The position numbers were made by a program, and so were the translations under genes. Below, piece after piece: positions 47,849 to 56,835 of a stretch of 64,000 bases of DNA; the stretch's first letter is position 1; each line of letters opens with the position of its first letter. The notes below the pieces were generated by a model, which had not been told where the DNA came from, searched no databases, and saw nothing but the letters and a program-made list of their open reading frames with translations. Source of the stretch: an uncultured Acidobacteriota bacterium (GTDB lineage Bacteria; Acidobacteriota; Thermoanaerobaculia; Gp7-AA8). The DNA lies in assembly GCA_963822445.1 (NCBI GenBank), contig CAWGHO010000003.1:1184001-1248000 (forward strand). The letters are read 5' to 3'.

Positions 47849-48712
47849 GTGTCCGACGATCACTTCCTGCAGATCGGCGGGATCACGATCGCCCTCCGCT
47901 GCACGGACGATCGCGTGCGCTGGCAATGGAGCCCCGCGACCCACCGCTTCCTGATCTCCCCCCAACACGCCGACGTCGAGATCGAAGTCGGCGTTCTCGA
48001 TTCAGCGTTCCCCACCGGTGGTGAGCTCGTCTTCGATTCCGGCGCGGTCTGGCGGATGTACCGCGACGGCGACGGTTACCGCATCGAGTGCTACTCCGAT
48101 TCGTTCGAAGCAGGTCCCTACAAAGTCGCGCGTTTCGATTCGTCGTTTACCCGCGGCGAGATTCGCATCCGCCCCGACATTCTTCCACTCCAGCTCGCAC
48201 CGATCGACTACCCCCTCGACGAGCTGCTCATGGTCAACCTCCTCGGCCGCAACCGCGGTGTGGAGCTCCACTCCTGCGGTGTGATCGATCACGCCGGCCG
48301 CGGCCATCTCTTCGTCGGCATGTCCGGCGCCGGTAAAAGCACGACCGCGCACTTGTGGGAAGGCGCGTCGCACGGAGTCGTGAGCGATGACCGGGTGATC
48401 CTCCGCGAGGAGGATGGCGCGTTGTGGATGTATGGGACGCCGTGGCATGGCGAGGCCGAGCTGTCGATGGCGACGCGCGCGCCGCTCGTGGATGTCTATC
48501 TGCTCGTGCAGGCCGGGGCGAACGAGATTCGACCGATTCCGCATGCGGAATCGGTGGCGCGTCTGTTCGGCTGCGCCTTCCCGCCGTTCTACGACGCGCC
48601 GTCGGTCGATTACACGCTCGGGTTTCTCGACCGGCTGGTGAATGCCCTTCCCGTTCGCGAGCTGCGCTTCGTTCGCGATCGAAGCGTCGTCGACCTGGTG
48701 CTCGCGGCATGA
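47849..48712 (+). CDS. HPr kinase-like P-loop protein (putative peptide kinase)
   Basis: LHSCGV, GMSGAGKST and VSDD motifs; GTG start after the precursor. Confidence 0.75.
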   Translation: MSDDHFLQIGGITIALRCTDDRVRWQWSPATHRFLISPQHADVEIEVGVLDSAFPTGGELVFDSGAVWRMYRDGDGYRIECYSDSFEAGPYKVARFDSSFTRGEIRIRPDILPLQLAPIDYPLDELLMVNLLGRNRGVELHSCGVIDHAGRGHLFVGMSGAGKSTTAHLWEGASHGVVSDDRVILREEDGALWMYGTPWHGEAELSMATRAPLVDVYLLVQAGANEIRPIPHAESVARLFGCAFPPFYDAPSVDYTLGFLDRLVNALPVRELRFVRDRSVVDLVLAA

Positions 48713-49149
48713 CTCTCGAGGCCGCGGACGTGATCGCGGACCTGCTCGCGCGCGGCCACTCCGTGCGCTTTCGCGCGACCGGCCACAGCATGCATCCGAT
48801 CATCCGCTGCGACGACTACCTGCTCGTCGAGCCGGTTTCGACCATCGTCCGCGGCAGCGTGGTGCTGACGCTCGCCGAACGTGGATTGACGGCGCATCGC
48901 GTGGTCGAAGTCGCGGATGGAATGGTCGTGACGTGCGGCGACAACGTCACCGGTCCGGATCCAGCGATTGAAAGTTCGCGCGTGTTGGGCGTGGTCACGC
49001 ACGCGGAGCGGAACGGCCGGACGCGGCGGGTGATCGCTTTGTCAGGTGTCGCGCTGAACGTGTGGCGATTCGCGTTGCGGGCGCTAATCCACTTTGCGCC
49101 GGACGCTCATCTCCGACGTGTTCCCCGTCGCGTCGATGGCGATCGCTGA
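48709..49149 (+). CDS. S24/S26 family peptidase (putative leader peptidase)
   Basis: GHSMHP, AHRV and GDN motifs; ATGA coupling. Confidence 0.8.
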   Translation: MTLEAADVIADLLARGHSVRFRATGHSMHPIIRCDDYLLVEPVSTIVRGSVVLTLAERGLTAHRVVEVADGMVVTCGDNVTGPDPAIESSRVLGVVTHAERNGRTRRVIALSGVALNVWRFALRALIHFAPDAHLRRVPRRVDGDR

Positions 49150-51114
49150 AAACGCGCGTTCCTCCGGCCTCGCGCTCGGCATCACTTCTTTCGCCCAGAT
49201 GTCGTTCTCCTCGTCGATGCCACCTCGCGTGCGATCGCTGATCGCCAGGGCGGGGAAGGGGAACGAAACCTCGAATGTGCCGTCGGCGGCGGTGTTGGTC
49301 GCGCCGAGGTAGTTGAATTCGCCGATAGACGGAAGGGAGCGCTCGCGCGTTGCCGTCGTCATCGACTCGCTCTCGTTCTCATCGCCGCGGATGCGTGGCA
49401 TCTCCTGCTGTTTCTCCTCGCGAACGCCGGACGTGACGTACGACTGATACAGCTCGACGAGCTCGCCCGGGCACGCGCGGCCGCGGACGACGACGACATC
49501 GCTGCCGACGCGGACGCTGTCGATGCGAGGCGGGGAGATGCCCCCGTTCGGCAATCCCTCGGCGCGCGCGCAGTTCTCGGCCGCGCGTCGCAATGCATTC
49601 GGTTCGGCGGCGCCGATGTCGAGCACGATCGGCCGCAGGCCGTTTTCGTCGAAGCGGTTCGCGCTCAGGCGGTTCTCGCGCGGTGCGGTGGTCTCGAACG
49701 GCGCGACGGTCACTCCGCCGAGGCGATTCCACATGATGTCGTTGCGGGTGATGACGTTGCGCGACGAACCGGGTGACAACAAGATGCCCGCCACGTTGCT
49801 GCTGATGGTGCAGCCGTCGATGGTGTTCCCGTTCGCGGGATGCGAGCCGTCGGTCGCGCCGAGGACGATGCCGGCGCCGCTGTTCGCGGCGATGAGCGAG
49901 GAGCGGATCGACGATCCGTCCGAGATCACCACGATTCCGCCGCCGGACTGCTGTGCGCCGCAGCGGGTCACTTCCAACCGCTCGCCATCGAGTCTGGCTC
50001 CGGACGCGACGTAAATCCCGGCGCTCGATTGCGACGTGACCAGTACGTGGCGGGCGATGGTGGTTCCCTTGTCGATGCGAATGCCGTTCGTTCCGCCGGT
50101 GACGGCGTAGCCATCCGGCGCCGCGCCGATCATCACGTGCTCGATGCGCGCGTCGCCCTTGAAGTGGACCGGCACCGCCGGACCATGAATGGCCAGCGAA
50201 CGGATTGCACACGCTCCGCTGCACACCAGGCCCGCCTCGCCGCGCGCGATGAGCTCCAGTTCCGGCTTTTCCTGCCGCACGATCTGGCGGTCTTCCAGAC
50301 GGAGGTCAGCCGGCTCGCCGAGGCGGCCGGGATGGGCATTCAGGACCGAAGCAGGGGAGAGGAAGTTGTAGGCGGTGCCGTCGATGATCGTGTCGTTGCC
50401 GGTGATCTCCGGAAGCGGCGCGCCGAGGATGATCGACCACCAGCGCGGCGGCACGCCCATCACGGTCTCGCGTTGCTCCGGCGCACGCGTGACGGGCACG
50501 AAGCGCATGCGATTCGGAGCGTCGAGGGTGTTGGCGTTGACGACGAACTGCCGGAGCGAGCCCTGAATCTGCTCGCCGTCGTTCGTCGAGGTGACGACGT
50601 TGAAGCTGAAGGCGAAGTCGATGTCGGTGGCCGTATCGCGCAGCGTCACGCCGGCGACGTGCTCGGAGGTCATCAGCGCTGAGGCGTTGTCCGACGCGGC
50701 CGTGCGTCCGCCGAAGCAGGGTCCTTCGAAATAGCTGGCCTGCGCCGTCCCGTCGGGATGCGAACAGAGCGCGCCGGACGGTCCGAACGTCTGCTCCGGC
50801 CAGGCCTGGCCCGGACGAACGGTGCGCGAGTCGATGGCGACCCAGTAGTCACCGGCTCGTTGCACGCGGAAGGTGTAAACGCCGGCGGCGTTCGTCGTCG
50901 CCGCCGCGACGGCAACATCGTCCGCCGAAGGCGTGCGGTCGCCGCCATCGCGATACAACTTCGCGGTGGCGCCCGGAACGGGCATGAAGTGCTGCCGCAA
51001 GCCGAGCGCGGGCGCGTCTTCGTAGACGGTTCCGGCAATCGTCAATTGACCTTCGACAGAAATCCCCAAAAACCCAGCAACCAAGCAACCCAGCAACCTC
51101 TGCATGGTCGTCAT
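49084..51114 (-). CDS. Secreted right-handed parallel beta-helix protein with an N-terminal SdrD-B-like domain
   Basis: Signal peptide; GSLRQFV.NAN and N...GI beta-helix repeats; TSEMS C-terminal motif. Confidence 0.7.
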   Translation of the reverse strand: MTTMQRLLGCLVAGFLGISVEGQLTIAGTVYEDAPALGLRQHFMPVPGATAKLYRDGGDRTPSADDVAVAAATTNAAGVYTFRVQRAGDYWVAIDSRTVRPGQAWPEQTFGPSGALCSHPDGTAQASYFEGPCFGGRTAASDNASALMTSEHVAGVTLRDTATDIDFAFSFNVVTSTNDGEQIQGSLRQFVVNANTLDAPNRMRFVPVTRAPEQRETVMGVPPRWWSIILGAPLPEITGNDTIIDGTAYNFLSPASVLNAHPGRLGEPADLRLEDRQIVRQEKPELELIARGEAGLVCSGACAIRSLAIHGPAVPVHFKGDARIEHVMIGAAPDGYAVTGGTNGIRIDKGTTIARHVLVTSQSSAGIYVASGARLDGERLEVTRCGAQQSGGGIVVISDGSSIRSSLIAANSGAGIVLGATDGSHPANGNTIDGCTISSNVAGILLSPGSSRNVITRNDIMWNRLGGVTVAPFETTAPRENRLSANRFDENGLRPIVLDIGAAEPNALRRAAENCARAEGLPNGGISPPRIDSVRVGSDVVVVRGRACPGELVELYQSYVTSGVREEKQQEMPRIRGDENESESMTTATRERSLPSIGEFNYLGATNTAADGTFEVSFPFPALAISDRTRGGIDEENDIWAKEVMPSARPEERAFSAIAIDATGNTSEMSVRRKVD

Positions 51115-51115
51115 G

Positions 51116-52192
51116 TTAAACGAGGGCCCGGTCGCGCAACTCGCGCTTGATGAAGGCGTAGACGATCGGCGCCATGACCACGCCCCCCACACCGAAAGCC
51201 GCCTCGCCGACGATGATGGCCAGAAGGATCTCCCAGGCCTGCGAATCGGTCTCGCCGCCGACGATGCGCGAATTGATCAGGTACTCCAGTTTGTGGATGA
51301 CCACGAGGAAGGTCAGCGACGCCACCGCCGTCCCGATGGAGACCCCCATCGACAGGATGGTGATGACCGTGTTCGAGATCAGATTGCCGAGAACCGGGAT
51401 CAGGCCGCAGAGGAAGGTGACGATGACCAGCGTCGTCGCGAAGGGAACATGGATGCCGAAGAGCGGCAGCACGACCAGCAGGTACAGGCCGGTCAACGTG
51501 GTGTTGACGGCCGAGATCTTCACCTGGGCCATGGCGATGCGCGAGAAGGCGTGGGCGAAGCGGTCCACTTTTTCCACGAGATGGCGGGCCAGCGGGCCGC
51601 GATTCACGTCGTCGTGCTTCGTCACGTGCCGGAAGAACACCAGCAGCGCGAGCAGGCCGCCCATGATCATGTAGAAGAAGCCGATGGTCAGCCAGAGACC
51701 GCCCGCGCGAATGGTCTGCGCGTGCGTTTTCAGCCAGGTCGCGACAGTCAGCTTGAAGTCTTCCGCATCGGTCATGACCTCGGGGATGAACTGCCGCCCC
51801 AGACCGCCCAGCCACAGCCGTACCGACCCGAGAATCTCCGCCATCTGCTCCATCATCTCGGGCAGGTTGCCTGCGCCGCGGCGAAGCATCATCGCCGTCA
51901 ACGCGATCAGTCCGGTGATGACGATGCCGGTGACTGTCGTGACGGCGAGCAGGGCCAGCGGGCGGACGACACCGTGGGACATCCTTCCCTTGAACCGCTC
52001 GGAGACGCGATCGAGGATCAGGTAGAGGGCCAGGCCCATGATCAGGGCCGGGACGAGGTCCTGCCAGAGCACGAACAGAACGCCCGCCGCGACGACCGCG
52101 TAGGCGGTGATCTCTTCCCACGGCATGCGCTGGCGCGGCTGCGGAGCAGGCGCGTCTTCGAGCGCGATGGGGACGATCGGGCTGGTGGACAT
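51116..52192 (-). CDS. AI-2E family transporter
   Basis: AQVKIS, GLIPVLGN and HKLEY motifs, multi-TM. Confidence 0.85.
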   Translation of the reverse strand: MSTSPIVPIALEDAPAPQPRQRMPWEEITAYAVVAAGVLFVLWQDLVPALIMGLALYLILDRVSERFKGRMSHGVVRPLALLAVTTVTGIVITGLIALTAMMLRRGAGNLPEMMEQMAEILGSVRLWLGGLGRQFIPEVMTDAEDFKLTVATWLKTHAQTIRAGGLWLTIGFFYMIMGGLLALLVFFRHVTKHDDVNRGPLARHLVEKVDRFAHAFSRIAMAQVKISAVNTTLTGLYLLVVLPLFGIHVPFATTLVIVTFLCGLIPVLGNLISNTVITILSMGVSIGTAVASLTFLVVIHKLEYLINSRIVGGETDSQAWEILLAIIVGEAAFGVGGVVMAPIVYAFIKRELRDRALV

Positions 52193-52253
52193 TGCACAGA
52201 TTGTAGTCGGTCGGGGGGAACAGGCCGTACGCTTGCAGGAGTTGCGAACCAGC

Positions 52254-53291
52254 ATGATCGCTTCGCAGTTGCGCGAGCCGCTTCGGCGAATCCTAGAGAA
52301 GCGCGAAGTCGCCGCGCTGATCGGCGAGGGGATCGGCCCGCTGATGTACGCGGCGACACACGATCCTCGATTTCACGCCGAGGCTTTGCGGGTTGCGGCG
52401 GCGGAGCCGTTGCGGCTGGAGGATTTGCGCGAGGTTCTGCAGGCGATCGGCGTGCGTGCGCTGCTGGTGAAAGGCACTGCCCTGGCCTATGACCTTTACG
52501 CGCAACCGGAGCATCGTCCGCGCACCGATACCGATCTGCTCATCGCACGGAACGACCTTCCCGCGGTTCGCACGGCCATGGCGCGACTGGGATTCGAAGA
52601 GCAGATCACCAGCGGCGACGAGCATGGCCTCCGGCAGGTCGGCTTTTCGCGCGTCGATCGCTTCGGCGTCGAGCATCTGTACGACGTGCATTGGGCTGTC
52701 GCGAACTCGCCGCTGTTCGCCGATGTCATTCGCATCGAAGAGGTCGAGCCGGTTCCATTGCCGAAGATCGATGCGAACGCCTACGGACTCTCGCGCGTCG
52801 ATGCGCTGCTCCTGGCTTGCATCCATCGCGTTGCCCATCACCACGATGATGAGCGGCTGATCTGGCTGGCCGACATCGCTCTGCTCCGCTCGCGGATGAC
52901 CATCGAGGAGCACCGCCTGTTCTGGGAGCGCGCCGCCGAGCGGCGCGTGCTCGCGGTCTGCCGCCGCTCCATCGACGTTGCCGAAAGCTGGTTCGGCGGC
53001 GAAGCGGAACACGCCGCGGAGCGATTCCTGAGGCCGGAGCAACTGGCGCAGGATGAGCCGTCGCGCGTGCTGCTCGATCGCGACGTGACCTATGGGCGGG
53101 CGACGCTCGCTGAAATGCGCGCGCTGCCGTGGAGCGCACGGCTCACGCGGTTGCGCCAGCTCGCCTTTCCGCCACGCGCATTCATGGAGGAAGCGTTCGC
53201 CACGCGCAGCGCGATCGCATTGCCGTGGCTTTACGTCTACCGCGGCGCTCGCGGCGTGGCGCGGCTCTTCCGACGGGCGGCCGACTTATGA
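52254..53291 (+). CDS. Nucleotidyltransferase family protein (lasso-cluster associated), copy 2
   Basis: LLVKGTALA, RPRTDTDLL, YDVHW and ACIHRVAHHH; clear paralog of 44215..45300. Confidence 0.85.
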   Translation: MIASQLREPLRRILEKREVAALIGEGIGPLMYAATHDPRFHAEALRVAAAEPLRLEDLREVLQAIGVRALLVKGTALAYDLYAQPEHRPRTDTDLLIARNDLPAVRTAMARLGFEEQITSGDEHGLRQVGFSRVDRFGVEHLYDVHWAVANSPLFADVIRIEEVEPVPLPKIDANAYGLSRVDALLLACIHRVAHHHDDERLIWLADIALLRSRMTIEEHRLFWERAAERRVLAVCRRSIDVAESWFGGEAEHAAERFLRPEQLAQDEPSRVLLDRDVTYGRATLAEMRALPWSARLTRLRQLAFPPRAFMEEAFATRSAIALPWLYVYRGARGVARLFRRAADL

Positions 53292-53719
53292 AGAGGTTGC
53301 GCAGGTTCTTCGCGCTGCCGCCCGACGAGCGAAGACTGCTGATCGCCGCGGCGGCGCGCCTCGTCATCGCGCGGATGCTTCTCTCGACGATCGGCGTCTC
53401 GCGCACGCGACGCTGGCTCGCGAACAACAGCGAGTCGCACATCGATGGCGCTTCCGCGGCGCGCATCGCCCAGTCGGTCCTGCGCATCGCGCCGCATCTG
53501 CCGCTGCGCACGAACTGTCTCGATCGCGCGGTCGCGCTCTGGTGGCTGCTGTCCTCGCGCGGTCTGGCCGCCGACCTCCGCCTCGGCGTCCGCAAGAAAG
53601 ACGACGCCTCCCTCGGCGCACACGCCTGGGTCGAGCATGAAGGGATCGTGCTTCTCGACGACGAGGCCGCGCATTACCTGCCGCTCGACGCGCCGATGCT
53701 CGCCTCCGGAGGACGATGA
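53288..53719 (+). CDS. Lasso peptide leader peptidase (B2 protein, transglutaminase-like)
   Basis: NCLDRA, LGV and AHAWVE catalytic motifs. Confidence 0.92.
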   Translation: MKRLRRFFALPPDERRLLIAAAARLVIARMLLSTIGVSRTRRWLANNSESHIDGASAARIAQSVLRIAPHLPLRTNCLDRAVALWWLLSSRGLAADLRLGVRKKDDASLGAHAWVEHEGIVLLDDEAAHYLPLDAPMLASGGR

Positions 53720-55479
53720 GCGGCTACGCGGCGCTGGTCCGGTTCGACGGCGCGCCGATCGACGAGGCGTTCGTTTCGTACCTCGCCAATTCGATCCGCT
53801 TCCGCGGTCCGGACGGCGACGGGCAATGGATCGGCGAGCAGGCGGCGATGGTCCATTCGCTGCTCGCCACGAACGGCACCGCCAAGCAGCCCGTGCGTCT
53901 CGGCGAGACGGTCATCGCCGGAGACATCCGCATCGACGGCCGCGATCGGGCCGATCCGTCGAGCGATGCCGAAGTCGTCCTGCGGGCGTATGCGAAGTGG
54001 GGCGACGCCTTCCTCGAGCACCTCATCGGCGATTTCAGCTTCGCCATCTGGGACGGCGCGCAACGCCGGCTCGTCTGCGCTCGGGACCACTTCGCCCGGC
54101 GTCCGCTGTTCGTGACCCGGCACGACGGCGCGGTGCTGGTCACGAACAATCTGACGACACTGCTGGACATCCCCGGCCTGGCGGACGATCTCGACGACGC
54201 GGCCGTCGCCGACTTTCTGCTGTTCGGCAGAAATCTGCACGCGGAACGGACGACGTTCGCGCGCATCTCCCGCGTGCCGGCCGCGCATTCGCTCGTCGTG
54301 ACGGCGCAGGGGCAGCAACTGCGACGCTACTGGTCGATTCCGATGCGCGACGCGCCGCGGCGGATCTCGGAAGCCGATGCCCAGGCGGAGTTTCGCGACG
54401 TTCTCACGCAGGCCGTCATGGACCGGGCCCGCGCCGTTCGGATCGTGATCTCGCTTAGCGGGGGGATGGATTCGAATGCCGTCGCATCGGCGTTGACGCG
54501 GCAACGGACCACCGGCGTGAGCGCCCTGACCAACGTCTGGACGGAAATGTTCGCGGACGACGAAGGGCGGCTGGCGAAGATCGCCGCCGATCACTACGGA
54601 ATCCCCATCGAATTTCACGTCGCCGACCGGTGCGAGGCCTTCGAGGGCTGGGACGATCGCCGCGTCCGCGGTCTGGAACCGACCGACGAGCCCTGCACGG
54701 CGCTCTTTCACACGTTCGTCGCGGCCGCGCTGGCGAAGGGGCGGGTGATCCTCACCGGCGAGGGAGGCGATCCCGCGCTCTACACGTCGCACGACTACTT
54801 TTTCAATCTGCTGAAGCGCATGCGCTGGCTGCGATTCCTCCGCGATGCGGTGGGCTTTACCATCACCCGGCGCCGGCGTCCGCCGCTGCTTCTCCGCTCG
54901 CAAATGCTGCGGGTCATGGGCCGACAGCGCACGCCGGACTATCCGGATTGGATCACGCCGGAGCTCGAAGCCCGTCTGCACCTTCGCGACCGCTGGGACG
55001 AGATTTACGGACCGCCGCGCCCGCCCGTGCATCCCTATCGCGCCGGGGCGTGGCACCTGATCGACAGCGCCACCTGGGCCCGCACGTTCGAGGCGAACGA
55101 CGCCGGCGCGACCGGCAAACCGCTGGAGTGGTCGTCGCCCTATTTCGACGTCCGGCTGATCGAATTTCTCTTCTCTCTGCCGCCGATGCCGCATTCCGCC
55201 AACAAGGACATCGTGAGACAGGGCCTGCGCGGATGGATCCCTGACGAGCTCCTCCGCCGGAGGAAGACCCCCCTGCCGATGGACACCAGCGCGGTGCGGT
55301 TCGAACAGACCGCGCCGAAGTGGCTGAAAACGGTGGAATTGGCGGTCGGGCTCGACAATTGGCTAAAGCGGCCTACACTTTGCGAAGCAGTACGTAAGGG
55401 CGGCTCGCACTACCAATATTCGCAGCAGGCATTCGCGGTCTCCTTTGCTCTATGGCTAAGCAAACGGCAGCGGTCGTGA
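53716..55479 (+). CDS. Lasso peptide cyclase (asparagine synthetase-like C protein)
   Basis: RGPD, ARD and SLSGGMDS, TGEGGD motifs; begins MSG, lacking the Cys needed for glutaminase activity. Confidence 0.88.
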   Translation: MSGYAALVRFDGAPIDEAFVSYLANSIRFRGPDGDGQWIGEQAAMVHSLLATNGTAKQPVRLGETVIAGDIRIDGRDRADPSSDAEVVLRAYAKWGDAFLEHLIGDFSFAIWDGAQRRLVCARDHFARRPLFVTRHDGAVLVTNNLTTLLDIPGLADDLDDAAVADFLLFGRNLHAERTTFARISRVPAAHSLVVTAQGQQLRRYWSIPMRDAPRRISEADAQAEFRDVLTQAVMDRARAVRIVISLSGGMDSNAVASALTRQRTTGVSALTNVWTEMFADDEGRLAKIAADHYGIPIEFHVADRCEAFEGWDDRRVRGLEPTDEPCTALFHTFVAAALAKGRVILTGEGGDPALYTSHDYFFNLLKRMRWLRFLRDAVGFTITRRRRPPLLLRSQMLRVMGRQRTPDYPDWITPELEARLHLRDRWDEIYGPPRPPVHPYRAGAWHLIDSATWARTFEANDAGATGKPLEWSSPYFDVRLIEFLFSLPPMPHSANKDIVRQGLRGWIPDELLRRRKTPLPMDTSAVRFEQTAPKWLKTVELAVGLDNWLKRPTLCEAVRKGGSHYQYSQQAFAVSFALWLSKRQRS

Positions 55480-55607
55480 GTTCTCGAAAGCCGTACGCAT
55501 CGCCACGTTTGACGCGGTATGGATCGGTCCGCGCGCTCACTCGCGAGCTGGGGTGCTACACCAACAAAGACAGCGGCTCGAACGCTGTCTGCCGCCGCTC
55601 GCCGTAG
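55476..55607 (+). CDS. Lasso peptide precursor, 43 aa: MSSRKPYASPRLTRYGSVRALTR-ELGCYTNKDSGSNAVCRRSP
   Basis: GTGA-coupled to the cyclase; leader YxxPxL...G.....T(-2); Asp at core position 9. Confidence 0.88.
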   Translation: MSSRKPYASPRLTRYGSVRALTRELGCYTNKDSGSNAVCRRSP

Positions 55608-55610
55608 GCC

Positions 55611-56543
55611 GTGTTCCATTACCGCGTCTACGGCCTTCAGATCACCTCTGCGATCCCCATCGACGGTCTGATTCCCAACGATGACGCGCCAGGCGACTGC
55701 GAGCTGTTCGCCGGGCCGGTGGACATGCTGCCCGCCGACGAGGCGATCGTCCTCGACACGTCGCCGCTGATCGAGGAAGGGGAGCCGGGAACGCGCGTGG
55801 AGCGCAGCCGCAACGACCGGGGCACGTTCGTCTTCGAGTTCCTCGACGGCACGCGCTTCCGCATCGACGAATCGGGCCGCCGCATCACCGCGCACATTGA
55901 ATCAAGCACCCCCGAGGACATGGCCACGTACCTGCTCGGGCCGATCCTCGCCTTCATCGTCCGGCTGCGCGGCGCACTGGCACTTCACGCCGGGGCCGTA
56001 GTTCTCGACGATCACGCTCTGCTCATCACCGGCGTCGCCGGCGCCGGCAAATCGACGACCGCCGCCGCATTCCTCGGCCGCGGCGCATCGCTGTTGAGTG
56101 ACGACGTCTCCGTGATCGACTGTCAGGGCGATACGCCGCACGTTTTTCCGGGCTATCCGCGGGTGCGGCTCTGGGACGACTCCGCGGCCGCGCTGTACGG
56201 ATCGCCGGAAGCGCTGCCGCTGCTGACACCGACCTGGTCGAAGCGCTTCGTCGACGCGCGCCGGCAATTCGCAACCGGCAGCGTTCCCATTCGCGCCATC
56301 GTCGTTCTCGCGCCGCGTCACGACGCCCCGCCGCATACGCGACCACTCGCCGGTCACGAAGCGGCCATGGCCCTGCTCGTCCGCACGTCGATGACCCACT
56401 TGCTCACGCCCGAACAACGCAAGGCCGAGCTGGATCAGGTGACGCGTGTCGCGGAACGCGTCCCCATCATCGAAGTGACGCCGCGCGATGACCTCCGCGC
56501 GACGGGCGAGCTGGTTGATGCAATCGCCGCCGCGATACTGTGA
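55611..56543 (+). CDS. HPr kinase-like lasso peptide kinase
   Basis: LHAGAV, GVAGAGKST and LSDD motifs; located within the lasso operon. Confidence 0.82.
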   Translation: MFHYRVYGLQITSAIPIDGLIPNDDAPGDCELFAGPVDMLPADEAIVLDTSPLIEEGEPGTRVERSRNDRGTFVFEFLDGTRFRIDESGRRITAHIESSTPEDMATYLLGPILAFIVRLRGALALHAGAVVLDDHALLITGVAGAGKSTTAAAFLGRGASLLSDDVSVIDCQGDTPHVFPGYPRVRLWDDSAAALYGSPEALPLLTPTWSKRFVDARRQFATGSVPIRAIVVLAPRHDAPPHTRPLAGHEAAMALLVRTSMTHLLTPEQRKAELDQVTRVAERVPIIEVTPRDDLRATGELVDAIAAAIL

Positions 56544-56547
56544 AGCC

Positions 56548-56835
56548 ATGCGCTGGGACGCGACGTTCCGTGCGGCCGATCACGTGGTCGCGAAACTGGT
56601 CGGCGAAGAGCTGGTCCTGCTCGATTACGAAGGTGAGGTCTACTACGGCCTCGATCCCGTCGGCGCGCGCATCTGGGAGCTCCTCACCGCCGGCAGAACC
56701 CTCGGCGAGATCATCGACACGCTGCTCGCCGAATACGACGTGACCCGCGATCAGCTCGCCGCCGACGTGGAGCGGGTGGTGGGGGAACTGGAGAGTAACG
56801 GGCTAGTGAAAGTCGTGACTGGCCACGTCCCCTAA
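56548..56835 (+). CDS. PqqD-family RRE (lasso B1 protein)
   Basis: ELVLLD...YYGLDPVGARIWELL...EYDV motif. Confidence 0.92.
   Translation: MRWDATFRAADHVVAKLVGEELVLLDYEGEVYYGLDPVGARIWELLTAGRTLGEIIDTLLAEYDVTRDQLAADVERVVGELESNGLVKVVTGHVP

Noticed and set aside
53716-55479. Housekeeping asparagine synthetase AsnB
   Set aside because: It lacks the N-terminal catalytic Cys and is flanked by B1, B2 and a lasso precursor.
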